Notes under the pieces: model-generated | The model's database searches: none | What the model was told of the DNA's origin: nothing | What the model saw: only the letters and a program-made list of their open reading frames with translations | Source of the DNA: Ruminococcus sp. | GTDB lineage: Bacteria > Bacillota > Clostridia > Oscillospirales > Ruminococcaceae | Direction of reading: 5' to 3' | Length of the DNA stretch: 35,794 nt | Assembly: GCA_030530245.1 (NCBI GenBank) | Contig: JAUMVH010000002.1 | Coordinates: 1 to 35,794 of the forward strand | Part shown: in pieces, positions 9,916 through 19,062 of the stretch | How positions within the stretch are numbered: the first letter of the stretch is position 1 | Layout: each line of letters starts with the position of its first letter | Made by a program: the position numbers and the translations under genes

Positions 9916-11230
9916 TCTGCTGAAAAAGGAGCTCGGCGAGCTCATCACGCCGCAGACGATAATCAGCCTTGTCGCCATCTCCGCCATGCTCATGCTGATG
10001 GGAAACCTCATGAAGAGCACCATCAAGGAAGCCGTCAAGAACGAGTACAGCATCACCCTCAGCGACCGCGACGATACCGACTTTACGAAGCTGCTCGCGA
10101 AGACGCTCGAGGAGAGCGGTGCGACGCTGAAAATGGTCGATACGTCGGGCGATGACTACTCCGATATACTGAGGAGTGCCGACGTGGAAGCACTCGTCAT
10201 CATACCCGAGGGCTTCACGGAAAAGCTCGAAAACGACGAGCGACCCGAGATAATCAGCGTTGCGGCGATGAAGTCCGCAGCGGCGATGTCCAACGTAATG
10301 AACAGCAACAGCGGCGCTATCGAGCTCATCTCTCAGTGCATATCCTCCACTTTTGCAGCCAAGGCGGGACTCACCGCCGAGCAGGTCAAGCTCTTACAGC
10401 TCCCCGTTGACGTCACCGAGCAGACCGTCGTCAAGGACAAGACAGCTCCCGTCAGCACCTCGAGCGTGATGAGCAGCCTTATGATGAAGAATATGATACT
10501 CCCCATCATCGTGTTCATACTCATCATGTTCACCTCGAATATGCTCATGAGCGCCATCAGCAACGAAAAAATCGACAAGACCCTCGAGACCCTGCTCTCC
10601 GCGCCTGTCTCGAGAACGGCTATACTCGGCGCGAAAATGCTCGCGGCGGCGATAATCGCGCTGCTCAACGCGGTGGTGTATATGTTCGGCTTCTCGTCGT
10701 TCATGTCGGGAGCGACCGACAGCGTCACCGAGGAAATGAGCGGACAGCTCGTTGCGCAGTATATGTCCGTGGACGAAGCGCTTGAAAGGCTCGGGCTGAC
10801 GCTCGGCGTGACGGACTATATCCTCATCGGCGCGCAGCTCTTCCTCACGATAATGATATGCCTGTCGGTATCGCTCATGCTCGGCGCGCTCGTCAACGAC
10901 ACCAAGCAGTCGCAGACCATGATGATGCCGATGATGATAATGGCGATGGTGCCCTACCTCATCTCGATGATGGCGGACATCAACACGCTCCCCACAGCGC
11001 TGAGGCTCGTCGTTTACGCGATACCCTTCACGCACACCTTCTCGGCTGTGAACAACATCATGTTCGGCAATATGACGATATTCTTCGGCGGACTGATATA
11101 TCAGCTCATCGTGTTTGCTGTATGTATGTTCTTTGCGCTGAGGCTGTTCAACTCCGATAAGATACTGACGGCTTCGCTCAATTTCGGGCAGAAGTCGCGC
11201 TTCAAGAAGAACACGACAAGTAACGAGTGA
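9902..11230 (+). CDS. ABC-2 type exporter permease (NatB-like)
   Basis: EKIDKTLETLLSAPVSR..ILGAK motif, one N-terminal and several C-terminal TM helices; overlaps the ATPase stop codon. Confidence 0.88.
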   Translation: MKFFNLLKKELGELITPQTIISLVAISAMLMLMGNLMKSTIKEAVKNEYSITLSDRDDTDFTKLLAKTLEESGATLKMVDTSGDDYSDILRSADVEALVIIPEGFTEKLENDERPEIISVAAMKSAAAMSNVMNSNSGAIELISQCISSTFAAKAGLTAEQVKLLQLPVDVTEQTVVKDKTAPVSTSSVMSSLMMKNMILPIIVFILIMFTSNMLMSAISNEKIDKTLETLLSAPVSRTAILGAKMLAAAIIALLNAVVYMFGFSSFMSGATDSVTEEMSGQLVAQYMSVDEALERLGLTLGVTDYILIGAQLFLTIMICLSVSLMLGALVNDTKQSQTMMMPMMIMAMVPYLISMMADINTLPTALRLVVYAIPFTHTFSAVNNIMFGNMTIFFGGLIYQLIVFAVCMFFALRLFNSDKILTASLNFGQKSRFKKNTTSNE

Positions 11231-11237
11231 GCGCGGC

Positions 11238-11305
11238 GTAGGGGACGGCGTCCCGCCGCCCGATAATTCCGAAACCGACTGCGGGCGCACGGAATGCGCC
11301 CCTAC
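11238..11305. repeat. Inverted REP-like doublet
   Basis: gtaggggacggcgtcccgccgccc ... gggcgcacggaatgcgcccctac. Confidence 0.8.
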
Positions 11306-11314
11306 AATAACAAC

Positions 11315-11344
11315 AAAAGGCGAACCCATATCGGGTTCGCCTTT
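11315..11344. terminator. Intrinsic terminator between the convergent ABC permease and groEL genes (probably bidirectional)
   Basis: aaaggcgaaccc-atatc-gggttcgccttt, perfect 12-bp stem. Confidence 0.8.
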
Positions 11345-11399
11345 AATATTGCTATTTTATATTGGTAACATTCGCGGAAGCAAACTGCCGCTCTGTGGA

Positions 11400-11451
11400 A
11401 TGTGAGCGAGCTTGCGAGCGTCCCCGCGAATCGGCTGCGCGGACACCGCGC
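11400..11451 (-). repeat. Second dispersed repeat family (core CGCTCGCAAGCTCGCTTAC), copy 1
   Basis: Reverse complement matches 15373-15424 at 47 of 52 positions by hand alignment; abuts the groEL stop codon. Confidence 0.8.
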
Positions 11452-13086
<1,635 letters not shown>

Positions 13087-13116
13087 CTACTCCTTTAAAT
13101 CGTTGATTTTGCTGCT

Positions 13117-13183
13117 GTAGGGGCGCATTCCGTGCGCCCGCAAGCAATCGTTAAACTGACGGGCGAGCGGAACTCGCCCCTAC
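13117..13183. repeat. REP-like inverted doublet between groES and groEL
   Basis: Arms identical to those at 8933-8999, different spacer. Confidence 0.85.
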
Positions 13184-13196
13184 AAGTGTTTTTGTC

Positions 13197-13563
<367 letters not shown>

Positions 13564-13681
13564 GACATATCCCTCAAAACTGTGATTGTGCACAAATATA
13601 ATTCACCAATGTTGAATCTGAATACTATACCGCGCGAATCATCTCTCTGTCTGAACGGTGTGCTTCATCTGCTGTGTTCCT

Positions 13682-13786
13682 GCGGACGCCCAAAGGGCGC
13701 CCCTGCAAATCATCGCCGCAGGCGACACGTTTAATTCCGAATCCCGCATTCCGAATTTGCGGGCGCACACACGGGTGCGCCCCTAC
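13682..13786 (-). repeat. Composite REP mosaic (REP, AATTCGGAA linker, TCGCCTGCGGCGA hairpin, REP)
   Basis: Its reverse complement has the same module order as 23113-23210. Confidence 0.75.
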
Positions 13787-13795
13787 AAGTGTGTT

Positions 13796-14401
13796 TCAGC
13801 CAAGTCCTTCCGTGCGGTGATAAATTATCGGTCTCAGCTGCACCCCGCGCAGAGCCGCGTCCACCGCGTCGGGCAGGAGCTCGAACTCCGCCACGAGCGA
13901 CGCGGGCTTGCGCTCGATGTCGTCCTGTAACATCGGCACGAAGTAGTAGTTCTTGCGGTTGAAGAGCTCGCCGATGTTCTTCGCCGAGCCGAGGAGCGAG
14001 TCGTTCGAGGCTATCGCGAGCACGACGGGCTTGCCGCTGCGCAGATGGGACTTGACCGCCATAGTCGCGGCGCTGTCGGTTATCCCCGCCGCGAGCTTCG
14101 CCGCCGTATTCGACGTGCACGGCGCCACCACCATTATATCCGTCATATCCTTGGGACCTATAGGCTCGGCGGCGGAGATGTCCGTTATCACGTCCCGCCC
14201 GCATATCTCGGCGAGTCGGGCGATGTTGTCGGCGCTGCTGCCGAAGCGGGTCGAGACCGAGGCGGCGTGCTCCGACATCACGGGGACGAGCTCCGCGCCC
14301 ATCTCACGCAGCCGCTCCGCCTGTGCAAAGCTCCGCCCGAAGGTGCAGAACGAGCCCGTCATCACGTAGCCTATCCTGATACCGATGAAGTTAGTTTTCA
14401 T
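13796..14401 (-). CDS. dpaB: Dipicolinate synthase subunit B
   Basis: TGSFCT, AEPIGPK, VAPCTSNT, AVKSHLR..PVVLAIASND, YFVP..QDD..KP.SL motifs of SpoVFB. Confidence 0.95.
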   Translation of the reverse strand: MKTNFIGIRIGYVMTGSFCTFGRSFAQAERLREMGAELVPVMSEHAASVSTRFGSSADNIARLAEICGRDVITDISAAEPIGPKDMTDIMVVAPCTSNTAAKLAAGITDSAATMAVKSHLRSGKPVVLAIASNDSLLGSAKNIGELFNRKNYYFVPMLQDDIERKPASLVAEFELLPDAVDAALRGVQLRPIIYHRTEGLG

Positions 14402-15260
14402 TTCCGCCGCCTCCTTCCGCGATAATAGCCGCGACCGCGTCCGCGATTATCTCGCCCGCAGTCACGGGAGCGGTCTTCCCGGGGAGCCCGTTTGCGCGGA
14501 CAAGGCGGCTCCCGAGCTTGGCAGAGGCTTCCGCGCTGAACCCGCCCGCGTCGGAGGCGAGCTCGATAAACAGCGTATCATCGCGGAATCCGCCGATGTT
14601 TCCGCCCGTGAACACCGTCTCGGGGGAGGTGTTGAAAACGAGGGCATAGTCCCCGCCGAGGCTGTCCGTGCGCACCGATCTCACGCCGAGGAGCTGCGCC
14701 TTTGCCTCAGCCTGCGGACTGCGGACGGCGGCGGTGATATCGGCTCCGAAGCCGCGCAGTATCATCGCGAGAGCCGTACCTATCCTGCCGAGCCCGACGA
14801 TGAGCACGGGCAGCCCGCAAAGCGCGGTATCAAGCCTTTCGAGCGCGAGCTGCACGGCTCCCTCGGCTGTGAGGGAGGCGTTTTTCAGCAGGAGCTCCTC
14901 GCGCCCGAGGTAGCTGACGAGCCTGTGCCGCGGGAAGAGCCCCGCGAGGCGCGAGTCCTCCCGACCCGTGAAGATGACGCCGCCGTCCCGCACCGCCGAG
15001 GCGACCGTTTCCGCCGCGAGGGAGCCGCTGTAGAGGGGCGTGCTGATGTTTCCGTCGGAGCCGAGCGCGACCACTGGCAGCACCGCGCAGTCATAGCTCT
15101 CCGCCGCAGGGAGCGGGTCTGCGAGTCCGCTTACAGAGGCGGGGAGGGCGCCGCTGTCGAAGCCCGCTGCCGCCGCACCGAATCTCTCCGCGAGCCGCGC
15201 CGCGCAGTACGCCTGCCGCATATCGCCGCCCGCGATAAGTATATTTATATCATTTCTCAT
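14391..15260 (-). CDS. dpaA: Dipicolinate synthase subunit A
   Basis: IAGGDMRQ N-terminus, NASLTAEGA, GLGRIG Rossmann motif, IELAS, GLPGKTAPVTAG; start reassigned to ATG 15260 after GGAG. Confidence 0.9.
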   Translation of the reverse strand: MRNDINILIAGGDMRQAYCAARLAERFGAAAAGFDSGALPASVSGLADPLPAAESYDCAVLPVVALGSDGNISTPLYSGSLAAETVASAVRDGGVIFTGREDSRLAGLFPRHRLVSYLGREELLLKNASLTAEGAVQLALERLDTALCGLPVLIVGLGRIGTALAMILRGFGADITAAVRSPQAEAKAQLLGVRSVRTDSLGGDYALVFNTSPETVFTGGNIGGFRDDTLFIELASDAGGFSAEASAKLGSRLVRANGLPGKTAPVTAGEIIADAVAAIIAEGGGGNEN

Positions 15261-15340
15261 ATAGTTCTCCATTCTGCCGAACCACGGCACAGTAGAATCA
15301 GACCTGCCGCCCCGTGTGGCGGAAGCGGCAATCTCCCTAC

Positions 15341-15368
15341 ATTATATGGAGAACGGCGCGTATATGTG
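15341..15368 (-). promoter_or_regulatory. Putative mother-cell (SigK-like) promoter of dpaAB
   Basis: CACA-16-CATATAAT on the minus strand; spoVFAB is SigK-dependent in B. subtilis. Confidence 0.55.
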
Positions 15369-15372
15369 AGGG

Positions 15373-15424
15373 GCGCGGTGTCCGCGCCGCCGATTCGCGC
15401 TGTCGCTCGCAAGCTCGCTTACAT
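15373..15424 (+). repeat. Second dispersed repeat family, copy 2
   Basis: gcgcggtgtccgcgccgccgattcgcgctgtcgctcgcaagctcgcttacat. Confidence 0.8.
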
Positions 15425-15502
15425 TTACAGACCGTAAGTATGTTTCCACGAGCCTTACCGATTGTATGTGCGGCGTCCCATGCATGATATCACTCAACAA
15501 AT

Positions 15503-15569
15503 GTAGGGGCGGGTTCCGCTCGCCCGCCGACCGCTGATATCTCGGCGGGCAGCGTAACGCCGCCCCTAC
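15503..15569. repeat. REP-like inverted doublet abutting the uvrC stop codon
   Basis: gtaggggcgggttccgctcgccc ... gggcagcgtaacgccgcccctac. Confidence 0.8.
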
Positions 15570-15570
15570 A

Positions 15571-17394
15571 TCACATATTCTGTATTACCTCCCACAGCTC
15601 GCGGGCTGTGGCGAGGCTTATTCCCGCAGTCGCGGCGAGCTCCTCGGGAGTCGCCTTCAGCAGGTTTGCCTTCGTCTTGTAGCGTATCATTATCTTTGCC
15701 GCTTTCTTCTCGCCCACGCCCTTGACCGTCAGCAGCTCCGAGCTGTACGTCTTTTTCTTGTGCTTCGAGTGCATGAAGCTCACGGAGTAGCGGTGCACCT
15801 CGTCCTGTATGCGCGTCACGAGGTCGAACACGGCGCGCAGCTCGTTTATCTGTATCTCACGTCCGCCCTCGGCTATCGCGCGGGTGCGGTGCCTGTCGTC
15901 CTTGACCATGCCGAACAGCGGTATATCGAGCCCGAGCTCCCGCAGGAGCGGCTCTACCGCGTGCACGTGACCCGTTCCGCCGTCGAGGAGTATGAGGTCG
16001 GGCGTGCGGTTGAAGAACTCGTCGCCGTCCTGCTCGACTATGTGCGTGAGCCGCCTGCGCAGGACCTCGCGCATACTGCCGTAGTCGTTCTGATACTCCT
16101 GCTCCTTGATGTTGAAGCGCTTGTACGCCTTTTTGAGCGGGCGTCCGTCCTCGAATACGACCATGCCCGCGACCATCGACTCCGACGACAGGTTCGAGAT
16201 GTCGTACGCTTCGATATAGCGCGGCGGACGCGCCAGCCCGAGGCTCTTTGCGAGCTGCTCGAGCGCGATGACCTCCCTGCCCGTGCGGTCGTTTCGCAGG
16301 GCGGCGTACTCCGCGGAATTGCTCTTCGCGAGCCTCATCAGCTCGGGCAGCCTGCCCCTCTGCGGCTGGTGGAGCCTCACGTTCCTGCCCGCCTGCTTTG
16401 TGAGCATTTCCTCAATGAGGGCGCCGTCCTCGGGGATATGGTCGACGGTGACGGTGCGCGGGATATCGTCCCGCCCGTGGTAGAACTGCGCGAGGAAGAG
16501 GCTGAGGATATCCTCGCCGTCCTCGGGCTTGTCGAACTCAAACACCGCCTTGTCGCAGAGCCTGTTCTCGCGGTACATCAGCACCGACACGAATATGCCG
16601 TCGTATGCCTCGGCGACGCCGATGACGTCCGTGGAGTCCACGCCGCTGTTGATGATCTTCTGCTTTTCGGCAGCCTTCTTCACGGCGGCTATCCTGTCGC
16701 GGAGCATTGCCGCCTTCTCGAAGTCGAGAGCCTCCGCCGCCTCGTTCATCTCTTGCTCCATGCGGTCGACGGACTGCGCGCTGCCCGACTTGATGAACTC
16801 CACCGCCTCGTCGACTGCCGAGCGGTAGGTCTCCTTGTCTATCTTGCCGCGGCAGACTCCCATACAAAGCTTGATGTGGTAGTTGAGGCAGGGGCGCTCC
16901 CTGCCGAAATCCTGCGGGAATCTTCGCCTGCACGTCGGGAGCATGAATACGCGGTTAGCCTCGTTGACGGCTTCCTTGGTGACGGAGCCGCTCGTATACG
17001 GACCGAGATACGTACCGCCCGCCTTGGTGTTCTTGACGTTGGTGATGCGGGGGTAGTCCTCGTCGGAGATGCGGATATAGTGGTAGCCCTTGTCGTCCTT
17101 GAGGAGGATATTGTACTTGGGCTTGTGCTGCTTTATGAGCGAGCATTCGAGCAGCAGCGCCTCGTATTCGCTGTCGACGACGATGTAGTCGTAGTCGTAC
17201 ACGTTCGACACCATCGCCGCGACTTTGGGCGTGTGGTCGGGGCTTTCGCGGAAATAGCTCGTGACGCGGTTTTTGAGGTTCTTCGCCTTGCCGATGTAGA
17301 TAATGGCGCTCTCCCTGTTTTTCATTATATAGACCCCCGGGGAGGAGGTCAGCTTCGAGGTCTTTTCACGAAGGTACGGCAGTCTCGGATTCAT
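15571..17394 (-). CDS. uvrC: Excinuclease ABC subunit C
   Basis: GIY-YIG (PGVY..IYIGKAKNLKNRV), UVR domain, IEAYDISN, PDLILLDGG, C-terminal HhH. Confidence 0.98.
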   Translation of the reverse strand: MNPRLPYLREKTSKLTSSPGVYIMKNRESAIIYIGKAKNLKNRVTSYFRESPDHTPKVAAMVSNVYDYDYIVVDSEYEALLLECSLIKQHKPKYNILLKDDKGYHYIRISDEDYPRITNVKNTKAGGTYLGPYTSGSVTKEAVNEANRVFMLPTCRRRFPQDFGRERPCLNYHIKLCMGVCRGKIDKETYRSAVDEAVEFIKSGSAQSVDRMEQEMNEAAEALDFEKAAMLRDRIAAVKKAAEKQKIINSGVDSTDVIGVAEAYDGIFVSVLMYRENRLCDKAVFEFDKPEDGEDILSLFLAQFYHGRDDIPRTVTVDHIPEDGALIEEMLTKQAGRNVRLHQPQRGRLPELMRLAKSNSAEYAALRNDRTGREVIALEQLAKSLGLARPPRYIEAYDISNLSSESMVAGMVVFEDGRPLKKAYKRFNIKEQEYQNDYGSMREVLRRRLTHIVEQDGDEFFNRTPDLILLDGGTGHVHAVEPLLRELGLDIPLFGMVKDDRHRTRAIAEGGREIQINELRAVFDLVTRIQDEVHRYSVSFMHSKHKKKTYSSELLTVKGVGEKKAAKIMIRYKTKANLLKATPEELAATAGISLATARELWEVIQNM

Positions 17395-17418
17395 GGCAGA
17401 AGCTCCTTGTTATGGGAT

Positions 17419-17447
17419 TTGACATCGGCTCTCCGCCGTGCTGTAAT
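17419..17447 (+). promoter_or_regulatory. SigA promoter for the small peptide (toxin) mRNA
   Basis: TTGACA-17-TGTAAT with extended TG. Confidence 0.65.
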
Positions 17448-17515
17448 ACTGTCAGAGAGCATTGCATAAAGCGGCAAGGCGGTTCAATCTTTCCTCGGAA
17501 ACGAGGCGAGTTAAG

Positions 17516-17593
17516 ATGACTATATTGGAATTGTTAACATTATTGTTACTTATTATTGCAATTATAGACCTTAACAACGAAAAAAGGAAATAA
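17516..17593 (+). CDS. Putative type I toxin, 25-aa hydrophobic peptide MTILELLTLLLLIIAIIDLNNEKRK (holin-like toxin type)
   Basis: Hand translation; single hydrophobic helix plus basic tail; RBS GAGGCGA 17503-17509 partly inside hairpin cctcg-gaaa-cgagg; too short for the ORF track. Confidence 0.75.
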   Translation: MTILELLTLLLLIIAIIDLNNEKRK

Positions 17594-17624
17594 CCGCCCC
17601 TCTTCCAAAGTTGGCGGTTATTTC
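17580..17624 (-). terminator. Intrinsic terminator of the antisense RNA
   Basis: gaaataaccgcc / ggcggttatttc stem, followed on the minus strand by ctttttt. Confidence 0.7.
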
Positions 17625-17683
17625 TTATAACATACAATTTTGAGGACGACCGCTGAGCCATAAGGCTTTGCAGTGCTCTCTTT
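17580..17683 (-). ncRNA. Putative antisense antitoxin RNA (about 100 nt; ends approximate)
   Basis: Bounded by a consensus promoter (17690-17717) and a 12-bp hairpin plus U-tract (17624 down to 17580); overlaps the peptide's 3' end and 3' UTR. Confidence 0.6.
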
Positions 17684-17689
17684 ATATAT

Positions 17690-17717
17690 ATTATAGCACA
17701 TATCGCGAAAATGTCAA
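17690..17717 (-). promoter_or_regulatory. SigA promoter convergent with the peptide gene
   Basis: TTGACA-16-TATAAT with extended TG. Confidence 0.75.
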
Positions 17718-17725
17718 GTGCTTTT

Positions 17726-18412
17726 TCAGTCTTCAACGGGACCGTCTTCCACCAGCACTGTGCCGCTTTGCGCGTCGATGAAGGCTTCGTCGGGATAATT
17801 GCTTCTGTCCAGCTTCGCGTCCCACGTAAGATAGATGCTGTTTCTGCCCGTCTCGATGATAATGAGCTCGGGCTCGTCCCTCGTGTCGCAGCTGTACTTC
17901 CTCTTCGCGAGCTTCACCGCGTCGTCGGCGGATATCTTCGGCTCGGTCGCGATGTTGACGTTTTCGATGTAGCTGTTGTACAGGCGGGTGGTATTGCCGT
18001 CCTCGTCAGCCGCTATGGATACAGAGCCGCGCCTCACGGGAACGTCCCTGTAATACTGCTCGAACACGTAGTTGAAGCCGCCATCGCACGGATTCGTCTC
18101 GCTGTATCTCAGCTCGCCCTGCGGGTCGTCGCAGCCGATGATGTCCGCGAGCTCCCTTATCACGGTGAGCGCGTCGTCCTTGTTGTTGACGGGCGTACTG
18201 CTGACCTTGCCTTCTATCTCGCGTACGCGGTCGGTATCGTAGTAATATGACGTGGGCGGCATCTGCCCGCCGTTGAGCCTTGCGATGTCGTCCACGGAGA
18301 CGGTCTTGACGCGCGGCACAGGTTCGTTGCTGTCATTGCTGCCCGACGAGCAGCCTACAGCTATCACGCCTGCCGCAGCGACCGCCGCCAGCAGAGCTGT
18401 CAGCCTTTTCAT
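17726..18412 (-). CDS. Lipoprotein with FTP (thermolysin/fungalysin propeptide)-like and PepSY-like domains, no catalytic domain
   Basis: Lipobox AVGC; YVFEQYYRDVPV..SVSIAADEDG (FTP-like); PKISADDAVKLAK..FIDAQSGTVL (PepSY-like); no HExxH. Confidence 0.72.
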   Translation of the reverse strand: MKRLTALLAAVAAAGVIAVGCSSGSNDSNEPVPRVKTVSVDDIARLNGGQMPPTSYYYDTDRVREIEGKVSSTPVNNKDDALTVIRELADIIGCDDPQGELRYSETNPCDGGFNYVFEQYYRDVPVRRGSVSIAADEDGNTTRLYNSYIENVNIATEPKISADDAVKLAKRKYSCDTRDEPELIIIETGRNSIYLTWDAKLDRSNYPDEAFIDAQSGTVLVEDGPVED

Positions 18413-18423
18413 AGTGCGCCTCC

Positions 18424-19053
18424 TTATTGCTTGTCGTAGTATTTCTTGCCCTGATCGGGGCGGAAGTAGGTGCGGATATAGCCGTCGGTCGAGAGCACCA
18501 CGAACTCGTTCGTCGCCTCGATGTAGTAGACGTAGTCGCCGTCCTCCTTCTCGGTCTTGTGGAGGGCGTCGGGATCGTTGATGACATCGCTCGCGCCCTG
18601 CTCGTACTCGGAGGCGTTACTGTAGCCGAAATCGTCCCCGAACTCCCCACCGTGCTTCTCGAAGTGCTGCTCGAGGAGCTTTTTGCTGCGGAAGCGGTAC
18701 TCCACATAGTCGCCGTTTGCAGCGGCAGTCGTGGGAGCGGTGGTAGTCGCGGCGGTGGTCTTGGCAGCCTTGGTGGTGGTCCTTGCCGTAGTCTTAGCCG
18801 CCTTTGTCGTAGTCTTCACCGTTGTCGTCTTCTTCGCGGAGACGGTGGTCTGTCTCGCGGTCGTCGGCTTTGTAGTCGCCGTAGTCGCGGCAGTCGTGCT
18901 CGTCTGAGTGGTGACGGGGTCGGTGAATATCTGCAATGTCGAGTAGGTGGGCTCCTGCGGCTTCTCGATGTTTTCCTCGTAGGCACCGCAGCCCGCAAGT
19001 ATGGTAACGGCGGTCAGCGACAGCGCCGCGAGCTTTCTGAATATGCCTTTCAT
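18424..19053 (-). CDS. Lipoprotein with Thr/Lys-rich stalk and C-terminal toxin-like (possible BECR RNase) domain
   Basis: Lipobox LAGC; Thr/Ala/Lys linker; LEQHFEKHGGEF..Y..TNEFVVLS.DG.IRTYFRP. The CDS is clear; the function is inferred. Confidence 0.65.
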   Translation of the reverse strand: MKGIFRKLAALSLTAVTILAGCGAYEENIEKPQEPTYSTLQIFTDPVTTQTSTTAATTATTKPTTARQTTVSAKKTTTVKTTTKAAKTTARTTTKAAKTTAATTTAPTTAAANGDYVEYRFRSKKLLEQHFEKHGGEFGDDFGYSNASEYEQGASDVINDPDALHKTEKEDGDYVYYIEATNEFVVLSTDGYIRTYFRPDQGKKYYDKQ

Positions 19054-19062
19054 ATTTCCTCC

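Noticed and set aside
17452-17736. 94-aa minus-strand ORF spanning the toxin-antitoxin island
   Set aside because: It crosses a promoter and a terminator, overlaps the upstream gene's stop codon and has no RBS; the plus-strand 25-aa ORF explains the region better.
18720-18915. Low-complexity repeats in Thr-rich coding stretches (also 23575-23660)
   Set aside because: Ordinary protein linkers, not DNA-level repeat elements.
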